NCBI GenBank assembly: GCA_964016885.1
Contig: OZ024741.1
Location: forward strand, 310,930,001 to 310,994,000
Length of the DNA stretch: 64,000 nt
From: Eledone cirrhosa
Taxonomy: Eukaryota
Reading direction: 5' to 3'
Shown: piece after piece, positions 36,884 to 48,110 of the stretch
Numbering within the stretch: the stretch's first letter is position 1
How the letters are laid out: every line of letters starts with the position of its first letter
Position numbers and translations under genes: made by a program
Notes under the pieces: model-generated
Seen by the model: the letters and a program-made list of their open reading frames with translations, nothing else
Databases searched by the model: none
What the model was told of the DNA's origin: nothing

Positions 36884-39800
36884 ATGGATGTGTTAAGAGT
36901 AGGATGTTTGAATGCACGTGGCCTGGGCTCAACTTGGAAGCAAGCAAAGATTCTAAATGACCTCAGGTCATGTAGTATAAATGTAATGGTTATCTGTGAG
37001 ACTCGAATCAGCGTCGTGCGGCAGCTGGCCCCCACCTTCGATGACATTGAGGTGCATGCATCTCTCTGTCAACCTGGAGGTGGGGGTGGGGTTGTCGTAC
37101 TGCTGCAAAAACACCTGGGTCTTGCCGTACAGGTTGTGCACTCGGACCCGGAGGGTCGTTTGTTGGTGCTAGACGTTGGCAGTAGTGAAAGTGCGGCCTT
37201 GAGACTGGTCGCCGTCTACTCCCCTTTCGGAGCTGAACGGCCCGACTTCTTCCAGTGTTTGGAGGCTTTTCTGGGAACGTCGCGTTCCCTGCTTCTAGCG
37301 GGGGATTGGAATGACATCCTGGATGCACGTTGGGACTATGCAGGAGCATGTCCTAATAGAGGGGGGTGTAACAGCCTCAAGGGGTTACTCGACCGTTTTA
37401 ACTTGGTCGATAGATATCGACTAGATTTTCCAACTGTGCCTACCTGGACTTGGAGAAACCACAGTGGTCAATCTAGATCGTACTTAGATAGATTCTTAGT
37501 TAGAAGTAAGGATAGGGACATATTAAGCTGTCCAGAAATGCGCACGGTTGGCTACACGGATCACAAATTAGTGACCTGCGTGGTCAATCTCGAGAAAACA
37601 CATAGACAGGGTCCCGGTTACTGGAAACTTAATTTGTCTTTACCGGCAAAAGAGACTTACAGAAACCGGATTAGCAGATTAGTTAAGGAGAGGTTGACGG
37701 GTGCCATCGTCAACAACCGATGGTGGGCATCTCTCAAAAGAGAGATTAGAACAGAATCAATAAGTTATAGCAAGATGTTAGCTGCCGATAGGAATAGAAA
37801 CGAGAAAGAATTAACAGATAAATTAGAAGAGGCAATCAAGAGCGAAGATGTGGCCAGAGTGCTGGCATCGAGGACGGCCTTGAACCAGTTTTTCGATGCA
37901 AAGCACGAAGACTGCGTCATTCGAAGTAAAATATCTGCTCTAGGTAATGAGGGGGCCAAAGCCGTTGGATGGGCCCGCGTGACAGAAGCTAAGAGTGGAA
38001 ATCGATCCACCATCCGGTCGTTGCAAGACGAAGATGGACGGGTGATCCGGGAGCCTAAGCAGATGTGCGATGCCTTTCAAAGGCACTTTGCCCGATTGTT
38101 CGGGGGAGGGGAGGGTCCGGGCGGGGGCGTGGATTTCGGTCCATACCTCGACGGCCTGCCGCGTCTCTCGAGCGAAGAGGCAGAGTCCTGCGAGGGACCA
38201 ATCTCGGCTGATGAGATCGGAGATGCGCTGAGCCAATGCAGCAGACGCAAATCTCCAGGTCTCGATGGTATACCTTACGAACTTTATTTAGCAATGCCGG
38301 TCTTCTTCTCCGAACTCCTCGAAGCGGTCTACTGCAATTGGCAGCAGAACGGGAGAATTCCTTGTTCTGTAGCCAAGGGCGTAGTCACGCTGGTGAGGAA
38401 GGACGAGAACAAGGGGGATAGTATAAATAATTTTCGGCCCATAACACTGCTAAACACAGAGTTAAAGATTTTGGCCAAGGTGTTAGCAAAGAGGTTAGCG
38501 CTTGTCGTGGGTGGCCTGGTGGGAGATGCGCAGACATGTGCTATCCCATCCAGGTCCATTCACGATAACCTCCACCTCATGCGATATATCATAGAGAGGG
38601 TTGGCAACAAACCCGGCTTCGGTGGGGCCCTGATCAATTTGGATCAGTCTAAGGCGTTCGATAGGGTCGACCATGGTTACCTGGATGCGGTGCTAGCGGC
38701 GGCTGGGTTCGGTACTGTTTTCAGAGGCTGGATAACTGCCTTACATAGCAACCACATCTGTTCTAGGATCAAGGTGAACGGCTACCTTTCGAAGCCGTTC
38801 GAAATCACACGATCCATTCGACAGGGGTGCCCTCTCTCCTCCCTTCTGTACGTATTGACTCTCGAGCCTTTACTGAGGAAGTTGGAGTTGTTGCAGGGTA
38901 TCCCCCTGGAACCAGGATTGAGCAAAGCGGTGTCGGCCTACGCCGATGACGTAACTGTAATGGTATCGACCGACTCGGAGATCGAGGCGATCGGTACCTT
39001 ACTGGAGGAGTACGAAAGGTTGTCAGGAGCGAAACTGAACCGGGAAAAATCCATCGGGCTGCAACTCGGAACGTGGAGAGGCAGACCGATGCCTCCTGAC
39101 GGTGTCATCGGACACTGGACGGAGGGCCCGGCAAAGTTGCTTGGGGTCTGGTTTGGACCGGACCTCCAGGTGGAAAAGAACTGGAACGAGGTTACGAACA
39201 AGGTGTTTGCACTAACCCAGAAATGGGCCAAGTGTAAGCTGTCCCTAAAAGGCCGGGCGGAGGTGGCGAACATTTACATAGCGTCCGTCACTTACTACCG
39301 CCTGACTGTCGTGCCTTGCCCTAAGGAAACACTCACCACCATGGAACGCATGCTCTTCCAATTTCTTTGGAAGAAGCGCCCTCCTATGGTGAGAAGATCC
39401 ATCTGCTGCCAACAACCTTCGAAAGGAGGGCTGGGGATGCCGTGGTTGATGATGCGTAAGTACGCATTAAGGCTACGGCACCTACAGGTATTCCTCACTG
39501 GTCAACCGGTATGGGCTCCGTTCGTGAAACGAGCCTTTCCGAGACTCGTCTCGCTCACCGAGCTACAGTCCTGGGTCAATCAAAGATCCGGAAAACTGGG
39601 AGACTGGCACACTGAGTGTGCTCAGGCGCTCAGGGCTCTCTGGCAAGCGGGCCGGGCCATCGGTGGAGAATCCACCTCATCATTCTATAGAGGGCTGGTG
39701 GCTAGCAGGGACGATGAGACCCTTGGAGAGTCGCTGGACACGGAAGAAGACGAACTGGCCAGCCTGTTCGGTAGGACTTTCGGCCCAGGACCAATGGACA

Positions 39801-40321
39801 ACTTCCAGAAGTCACTGGCCTGGCAGTGCTACCGGGGGGCTCTACCCGTTCGAGAGAGGCTCTACAGACACGGGCGCCCGGGCAGGGATCCCTCAAAAAA
39901 GATTTGCCCTAGATGCGTGCGTCACGAAGAAACCGTTGCGCACGCATTGGTGCAATGTCCGGGCGTGGCTGATCTGTGGGGCTACGCCGAACGACTGCTG
40001 TCGCGGGTGGCGCCGATTAAATTGACCGCCGAGTCCGTGATGACAATCAAACCGCCTCCCCTCTTCACAAAGGAAGCAAAGGCGGTTTTTCTGTGCGTAA
40101 TAGCCATGTTGAAAGAGGTTGTTTGGTGGACACGATTGAAAGGTCTGAGGTCAGGCAACTTCCTCTCTGGCCATAGTCTGGTCTACTTCTTCCGATATCA
40201 CTTCGGAAGAAGGATAAGAATGGAGAGAGAGGTGCTTGGCCACAGGCAGTTTTATGAAAGGTGGGTGATAGTGGCGAGAATGGCTCGTGTAAATGGGCCT
40301 TCTCTGTATACCATCCTGTAG
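36884..40321 (+). CDS. Tx1 ORF2: APE endonuclease, reverse transcriptase, zinc finger (1145 aa, intact)
   Basis: LNARGL, CETR, GDWN, SYLDR, TDH; PGLDG, RPITLLN, LDQSKAFDRV, QGCPLS, YADD; CPRC..ETVAHALVQC. Confidence 0.95.
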   Translation: MDVLRVGCLNARGLGSTWKQAKILNDLRSCSINVMVICETRISVVRQLAPTFDDIEVHASLCQPGGGGGVVVLLQKHLGLAVQVVHSDPEGRLLVLDVGSSESAALRLVAVYSPFGAERPDFFQCLEAFLGTSRSLLLAGDWNDILDARWDYAGACPNRGGCNSLKGLLDRFNLVDRYRLDFPTVPTWTWRNHSGQSRSYLDRFLVRSKDRDILSCPEMRTVGYTDHKLVTCVVNLEKTHRQGPGYWKLNLSLPAKETYRNRISRLVKERLTGAIVNNRWWASLKREIRTESISYSKMLAADRNRNEKELTDKLEEAIKSEDVARVLASRTALNQFFDAKHEDCVIRSKISALGNEGAKAVGWARVTEAKSGNRSTIRSLQDEDGRVIREPKQMCDAFQRHFARLFGGGEGPGGGVDFGPYLDGLPRLSSEEAESCEGPISADEIGDALSQCSRRKSPGLDGIPYELYLAMPVFFSELLEAVYCNWQQNGRIPCSVAKGVVTLVRKDENKGDSINNFRPITLLNTELKILAKVLAKRLALVVGGLVGDAQTCAIPSRSIHDNLHLMRYIIERVGNKPGFGGALINLDQSKAFDRVDHGYLDAVLAAAGFGTVFRGWITALHSNHICSRIKVNGYLSKPFEITRSIRQGCPLSSLLYVLTLEPLLRKLELLQGIPLEPGLSKAVSAYADDVTVMVSTDSEIEAIGTLLEEYERLSGAKLNREKSIGLQLGTWRGRPMPPDGVIGHWTEGPAKLLGVWFGPDLQVEKNWNEVTNKVFALTQKWAKCKLSLKGRAEVANIYIASVTYYRLTVVPCPKETLTTMERMLFQFLWKKRPPMVRRSICCQQPSKGGLGMPWLMMRKYALRLRHLQVFLTGQPVWAPFVKRAFPRLVSLTELQSWVNQRSGKLGDWHTECAQALRALWQAGRAIGGESTSSFYRGLVASRDDETLGESLDTEEDELASLFGRTFGPGPMDNFQKSLAWQCYRGALPVRERLYRHGRPGRDPSKKICPRCVRHEETVAHALVQCPGVADLWGYAERLLSRVAPIKLTAESVMTIKPPPLFTKEAKAVFLCVIAMLKEVVWWTRLKGLRSGNFLSGHSLVYFFRYHFGRRIRMEREVLGHRQFYERWVIVARMARVNGPSLYTIL

Positions 40322-40535
40322 GTAAAGAAGTAAAGGAGAGGGGAGCACCTTCTCTGTGTGCTCCCCGGGCAAAGGGTTGCACACTTTTTCGGGGGTGTGT
40401 GCAACCCCCATCACGTCCCCTCCCTTTTGAGGTTATTTTCGATTGTTTTCATGTTACACCCTTTTTACTCAACTATATGTAAACTCCCCCTTTGTATTTG
40501 TCCCTTCTTTTTATGCCTTTATGGTAAATAAAGAA

Positions 40536-40603
<68 letters not shown>
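40536..40603. repeat. (TCTA)n spacer between Tx1 copies E and F
   Basis: Direct reading. Confidence 0.95.
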
Positions 40604-40607
<4 letters not shown>

Positions 40608-43600
40608 GTCTGACGCGTGGAACATCGCCGGTAAGCTTTTTTGTTAATTTCTATACAAAATACCGAACTAATTGTTTGAAAAAACATAACATTTTGTAGA
40701 TTAACCCCCAAGTTGAATTGTCAGCTGGGTGGTAATCCCAGTTTTCGCCCCTATAGGGGCGAACATTTTGTTTTAACACTTTATTTTAAAATATCAGATT
40801 TTACAAACTAAATAACTTGAGCAACACAATAACGCTGGAGAACGTTAATAGAGAAAAGAGAGAGAGGAAGAGGCAGATATTAACGTTATATATCTGCTTC
40901 TGCTACTATGGACGTCGCCACAGATACAAGTGTCAACAAAAAGAAAAATATATTAACACTTTAAAATTTAAAAATTTCTACCGTCGAAGCGGAGAAAAAT
41001 AACAATAACACACAGGAAAACACAGGAATTAAACCCATTAACATCCATACACATGAACAAGACATCAACAACTCTACAGATACATATACACATAATATTT
41101 CACCTCGACAAGGAACTGAGATTCCCAATAACGATAACAACAACAACAACAGCAACACCACACAAAAAAAGAAAATGTCTTTCGCTGAAACAGTGAACAA
41201 AAAACAAGATTTTATAAATCTTGATATCTCCAACGCAAGAGATATGCACCAGCAAGGGAGAAAATGTGTAACTTTCGAAAAAACAGGTGGGTTTAGAATT
41301 AACTCACCCCTTGAAATAAAGGAAGACACAATCCGCAGATCAGTCACCTTTAGGACTGTGTCAAATTCCACAAGAAAGCCGACATTTGTTAACCAAGCAG
41401 ATATAGAAGATACTTTCAAGGGAATTCTAGCAAATATCGATTTTCTCCAGCGAGGAAAACACTACGGAAGTGTTTCCGTACTGTTTAAAAGCGAGGCACT
41501 CGCCCCAAAAAACTCTGTGCCACCAATGGTGTCAAAAGCATACACCTTTTTCCCTACATACATGGGAAAAAGGACACAAAAAATAAAAATATAAAACATA
41601 CCTCCAAACATTAACATCTGGTGGATCTTGGCTGGCTTCGTAGAGCCATAAACTGAAATGATACTTTCGATACGAAAATCTATTCGACAAAGTTGGGCGG
41701 GCACAGATTTGGAGATTCTGTTGCAAATGAAACCGGAGAGAATCTCCAAAATACCCGAAAGAGACGTCATCGATAATAACAACAAAATAAACATTTCGGT
41801 AGAAGGACGAAAATGTCATTGCTTTCGCTGTGGTAGCACAGCACACCTAAAAGCCTCTTGTCCACAAACACACAACAACATCATGAAAAAAACACCAACA
41901 CCAACACCAAAACAACCACCACCACCCCAAGTACAACGACAGACAAAACGAGCAACCACACCAAAACAAACAGACACTCAACCAACAACAACAGAAAAAA
42001 AAACAGAGACAACACCCCTGAAGAACACAGCCCCACTCCATCCCACTCCATCAAACAATACCACAAACACACACACCGAAACACCATCAACAACACCAAC
42101 ACACAACCACAGACACAAACAACAACACAAACAACACCACAGTCGAACATCCCCCTATCAGCAAAACCAGCACCAACACCACCCCAAACACCATAAAAAG
42201 AAAACTCCCGGACGAACAACAAACTAAAACAACACAACAAAAATACAAACAACAATACGCATACATCAACACAAACAACAAGAGTTTGATGGAGGTCATC
42301 TCCCAAAACCCCAAGTTGGAGACGGAGGGTAAAACTTTCGTCAAGGCAGAATCGTCTCCGCACCTTAAACTTATAAGGGTTTCTATGGAAACCTATAATG
42401 ACCTAAAAAATAAATTTTCACAGCACGTGGGCAACCACTACCACAAACCCATCAACCGCGTCCTGTTAAAATGTCTCGCCATCCCACCCAACACCCCATC
42501 CAGCACCCAAATGGAGATTGAACAACCCGATCTCCAGGAAACGAAAAGATAAGTGCACCTTTCGTCCTTTTTTCAAACTTTTCTTCACCAACATGGCTAG
42601 TTTACGAGTTGGAACCGTGAATGTGCGTGGCCTAGGGATGCCCTGGAAACAGAGCCAACTTTTAAACGACCTTAGGTCACACAGTATGGATGTGATAGCC
42701 ATCACCGAGTCCAGGATCCACAACAGGCAGCAACTAACCCCCATCTTCGACTACTTTCAAATCTACGCATATCTCTGTCAGCCAGGAGGTGGAGGGGGAG
42801 TGTCTGTCATGTTTCGAAAAAACCTGGACGCCGAAGTACAGCAAGTACACTTAGACTCGCAGGGTACACTGGTAGTCCTAGACATGTACAGTATCTTAGG
42901 TGGAGCCTTCAGACTGGTGGCCGTTTATGCCCCGACCGGGCAATCGCAATCACGGCCAGACTTCTTTAAGCGTCTAGAGTCTTTTCTGGGAACGCCACGC
43001 TCCTTACTTTTAGTTGGAGACTGGAATTGTATCCTATATGCACGATAGGACTATGTGGGAACATCTCCCAGTAGAGCGGGGTGCAACAGCCTCAAAATTT
43101 TAATTGGCCAATTCCAACTGGCCGATAGGTATCGACTGGATTTCCCGACTGCACCACAGTGGACGTGGGCAAACTGCAGTGGGACATCTAGATCGTATTT
43201 AGATAGCTTCTTCATTAGATAAAGGGACAAGATGTTAAGCTGTCCACGAATGCACATGGTTGCCTATTCAGATCACAAATTAGTCGTCTGTTTAGTCAAC
43301 CATGATAGAACACGTAGACAAGGACCCGGATACTGGAAGCTGAACGTCTCGTTGCCGGCACGTAAAGCTTACAGTGAACGGATAAGTAAACTATTTAAGC
43401 AACAGTTAACGGGAGCCATCGTCAACAATAAATGGTGGTACTCTCTCAAGAAAGCAATTAAAATAGAATCGATAGGGTTTAGCAGAGAGTTAGCTGTAGA
43501 GAAAAACAAAATAGAAAGAGAAACTAGTAGCCAAGATAGAGGAGGCACTTAGAAGTGGCAACGCGGCTAGATTGATAGCGTGGAGAACGGCACTGGACCA

Positions 43601-46253
43601 GTTCTTCGATGCGAATCACGAAGGCTGCGTGATCAGAAGCAAAACACGTACTCTAGGAAATGAAGGAGCGAAAGCTGTCAGCTGGGCCCTAGTGGCAAAA
43701 AGTGGCAACATGTCCACAATTCGGTCTTTGAAAGACCAAAACGGACGCGTGTTACATGACCCCAAGCAAATGTGCGCGGCCTTTCAGCAGCACTTTGCGC
43801 GACTGTTTGAGCAGAACGACGGTGAGCCGAATGGGGCAATGGACTTTAGTTCATACCTCGACGGCCTGCCGCGTCTCTCAAACACGGACGCCGAGTTCTG
43901 AGAAAGATTGATCACGGACACTGAGATACGGGACGCTCTGGACCGCTGCGGGAAACGCAAGTCACCCGGTCTAGGTGGTCTACCCTATGAGTTTTACATA
44001 GGCATGCCGCACTTGTTCTCTGGCATCTTCGAAGCCGTCTACTGCAATTGGCAGCAGAACGGGAAAATTCCCAGTTCTGCAGGCAAGGGCGTAGTAACGC
44101 TGATCAGGAAAGACGAGAACAAGGGGGACGAAATTAACAACTTCAGGCCCATAACTCTGCTCAGCACAGAGTTAAAGATTTTGGCCAAGGTGCTAGCGAC
44201 GAGGTTGGCGCTTGTCGTCAGGAACCTGGTAGGGAAAGCGCAAAGGTGTGCAATCCCGATCAGGTCCATACACGACAATTCCCCTCATGCGATACATCAT
44301 AGTGAGGGTAGGTAGTAAACCCGGCTTCGGTGGGGCTGTGATCAATTTGGATCAGTCTTAAGCATTCGATACGGTCAACCATCGATACTTGGAAGCGGTT
44401 CTCAAGGCGGCCGGTTTCGGTCCCGTGTTCGGAGGCTAGATCGGGGCGATGCACACCAGCATCTGCTCGAGGGTCAAGGTGAACGGCTACCTATCGGAGC
44501 CGTTCGCAATCGCGCATTCTATTCGACAGGGTGCCCTCTCTCCTCCATTCTGTATGTATTGACTCTAGAGCCACTACTGCGCGAATTAGAGATGTTGCAG
44601 GGCATCTCTCTAGAACCGGGACGGCGCAAAGCGGCGTCGGCGTATGCCGACGAGGTGACGGTAATGGTGTCGAGCACCTCGGAGATCGGGGTGATCGGCA
44701 ACTTACTGAAAGAATACGAAATGTTGATGGGAGCAAAACTAAACCCGAACAAGTCTGTCGGTTTGCAACTGGGTACGTGGAGAAGCAAACCGATGACGTC
44801 CGACACCGTCGTTGGACGCTGGACGGACGGACGGTGAAATTGCTTGGGGTCTGGTTCGGTCCAGACTTCCAGGTGGAGAGAAACTGGAACGAGGTCACGG
44901 CCAATGTGTTTGCACTCACCCAGAAGTGGGCAGAGTGCAAACTCTCCTTGAAAGGTCGAGCGGAGGTGGCGAACACTTTCATAGCGTCCGTCATCTACTA
45001 CCGCTTGACCGTCGTGCCTTGTCCCCGTGAACACCTCGCCAAGATGGAACGGATGCTCTTCCAGTTTCTGTGGAAGAAGCAGGCTCCGCTGGTGAGGAGA
45101 TCCGTCTGCTGTCATCACCCTTCCAACGGAGGGCTGGGAATGCTGTGGCTGGTGATGCGGAAACATGCGCTGAGGCAGCGGCATCTCCAGGTATTCCTCA
45201 CCGACCCCCAACCAGTGTGGGCGCCATTTGTGAGACAGGCTCTCCCACTGCTCGTCTGGCTGACGGAGTTGCAGTCGTGGGTCAAGAAAAAACCGAAAAC
45301 GATGGGCGCCTGGCACATTGAATGCGCTCAGGCGCTCACAGTCCTCTGGCAAGCGGGCGTAGCAATCAGTGGAGACTCCACTTCGACATTCTATAGAGGG
45401 ATTGTACATTACAAGGGCGACGACGTGCTCGGAGAGACTCTGGGGGTCGAAGGCGATGATCTCACCAGTCTGTTTGGTAGGACTTTCCGCCCGGGACCTA
45501 TGGACAACTTCCGGAGGTCCCTGGCAGTGCTACCGAGGAGCTCTACCGGTTCGTGACAAGATCTACAGGCACGGACGCCAGGGCAGAGATCCTTTCAAGA
45601 GGACGTGTCCAAGAAGCGCGCAGGACATTGAAACAGTCCTGCACGCAATTGTACACTTCCCGGGCGTAACCGACCTGTGGAACTATGCAGAACAACTGCT
45701 GTCGCGTGTGGGACAAATACAGTTGATTGCCGAGTCCATAGTAAGGATTAAACCGCCTCCTCTTTCAAAAACGAAAGAGAGGCGGTTTTTCTCTGTACAG
45801 TGCCTATAGTGAAAGAAGTTATATGGTGGACGAGATTGAGAGGACTGAGGACAGATGCCTTTCTCTCCGGACAACAATTGATTTCCTTCTTTAAGTATCA
45901 TTTTATAAGAAGAATCAGAGTGGAGAGAGAAAACTGCTCCCCAGTAAATTTACTGAAAGGTGGGTGAACGAAGCGAAAATGGCCCGAGTGATTGGGCCTT
46001 CTCTGTTTATAAACCTCTAGGTTGAAGAAGAGAGTAAAAGGAAGAAAGGTGCACTTGCACAACACGCTCCTGGAGTTGAGGGTTGTTCTATCGACGGGGT
46101 ATTAAACAACCCATTTGTGGCGCTTTCCCCCTATTGGGGATTTCGATTGTTGTAATTGTTTGTTTTATATTTTTTATACGACGGTATGTAAAATCCCCGG
46201 CATGTCTTTGTATTGTCCCCTTTTCTTGTGCGCCCTTGTGGCAAATAAAGAAA
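40604..46253 (+). mobile_element. Tx1-clade LINE copy F, full length, disrupted
   Basis: ORF1 pieces 40817-42552 with CFRCGSTAHLKASC; ORF2 pieces ~42593-46020; ends AATAAAGAAA then TCTCTCTATCTCTCTATC. Confidence 0.92.
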
Positions 46254-46270
46254 TCTCTCTATCTCTCTAT

Positions 46271-48110
46271 CGGACGTGCGGTAGATCGTCGGTAAGTTTT
46301 TGTAAAATTTTCTATACAAAAACAGAATTTATTGTGTGAAAATTTATATTGTTTGATAGAATAACACCCAGGCTGAATTGTCAGCTGGGTGGTAATCTCA
46401 ATTTTTGCCCCACAGCGGAGGAAATTTTATTTTAAAAATTTTCAAATATGTTATACTTTTGCTATCGATAATGGCTAACTTAGTAGATGCAACGCTTCAG
46501 AACGCTGACGAAGAAAGTAGAGAGAGAAATGCAGAGAGTAACGTTACCGTAACTTCTGCCTACATAGGCGTCACTATGGAGACAAATAGTGACAAGAAAA
46601 TTTTGTTTTGCCAAGAAGCCGAAAAATGTAACTTACAAGATGGACAACACAGCTTACAACAGACATCAAAAACCACAAAAAATGAAACAATAGACACAAC
46701 AACAAGCAGAAAAACCGACAACCACAACAACAACAACATCAACACAAAAAAAAAAAACTTTTACAGAAACAGTCACAAATAATAATAACGTTACCTCAAC
46801 CTCAGCATGTATTGGTGTCACCATGGAAACCAATATGGACAACAAATATAAAAACAAGATCGAACCACACAGTGTACAACAGACACCAAAAAGAACAGAA
46901 AATAAAACCATTGACACAACTACAAACGGAAAAACCGACAACCATAACAACAACAATAACAACAACACCAAATACACTTTTGCGCAAACAGTCACCAAGA
47001 CACAAGAGTTCAAGGATCTCGATATCTCCAATGCGAAAGAGATGCTGCTCTGAAGCAAAGGAGTTTATCACTTTCGGTGAAAACGGTTTATTTCGAATAA
47101 ACTCACCCCAAGAAATTCGTCTGGAAACATTTCGAAGGACAATTTCCTCAGAACTGTTTCAAATGAAACAAAACGACCAGCATTCCTCAGTCAAGGCGAA
47201 ATTGAAGCAACCTTAAAGGATATATTGCCAGACATTGACTTTATGCAGAGGGCCAAACAGTACGGAAGTATTTCGGCACTCATCAAAAGCAAGGCCCTTG
47301 CACAAAGATACTCAGTGACGCCAATACTGTCAGAAAATACACTTCTTTCCCTACATACCTGGGAAAAAGTATACAAAAGATCAGAATTACAAACATACCA
47401 CCAAATATTAATATTTGGCAGATATTTGGCTAGTTTACGAGTTGGAAGTGTGAATGTGCGTGGCCTAGGGATGCCCTGGAAACTGGGCCAACTTTTAAAC
47501 GACCTTAGGTCACACGGTATGGATGTGATAGCCATCACCGATTCCAGGATCCACAACAGGGAGCAACTAACTCCCATCTTCGATCTGTCGCGTATGGAAC
47601 AAATCCAGTTGACTGCCGACTCCATATTAAGGATAAAACCGGCAACTTCTTTCAAAAACGAAAGAGAGGCGGTTTTCCTCTGTATAGTGGCAATGGTGAA
47701 ATAAGTTATATGGTGGACGAGATTGAGAAGACTGAGGACAGATGCCTTTCTCTCCGGACAACAACTCATTCCCTTCTTTAGATACCACTTTAGAAGGAGA
47801 ATCAAAGTGGAGTAAATTTACTGAAAGGTGGGTGAAAATGGCCCGAGTGATTGGGCCTTCTCTGTATATAAACCTGTAGGTTGAAGAAGAGAGCAAAAGG
47901 AAGAAAGGAGCACTTGCACAACACGCTCCAAAAGTTGAGGGTTGTTCTATCGACGGGGTATTAAACAACCTATTTTAAACGCCTCCCCCTATTGGGCATT
48001 TCGATTGTTAAATTTGTTTGTTGAAAATATTTTTTTACACGATTGTATGCAAAATCCCCGTCTTCTATTGTCCCCTTTTCTTGTGCGCCCTTGTGGCATA
48101 TAAAGAAATA
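46271..48110 (+). mobile_element. Tx1 copy G, internally deleted non-autonomous derivative
   Basis: 5'UTR and half of ORF1, jump at ~47425 to ORF2 start, jump at ~47583 to ORF2 end, complete 3'UTR. Confidence 0.85.

Larger units (their letters stand above)
34715..40535 (+). mobile_element. Tx1-clade LINE copy E, full length
   Basis: 5'UTR, ORF1, ORF2, 3'UTR ending AATAAAGAAA, flanked on both sides by (TATC)n. Confidence 0.95.

Noticed and set aside
47420-47590. Copy G deletions as splicing products
   Set aside because: Breakpoints are not at GT-AG sites; one shows microhomology
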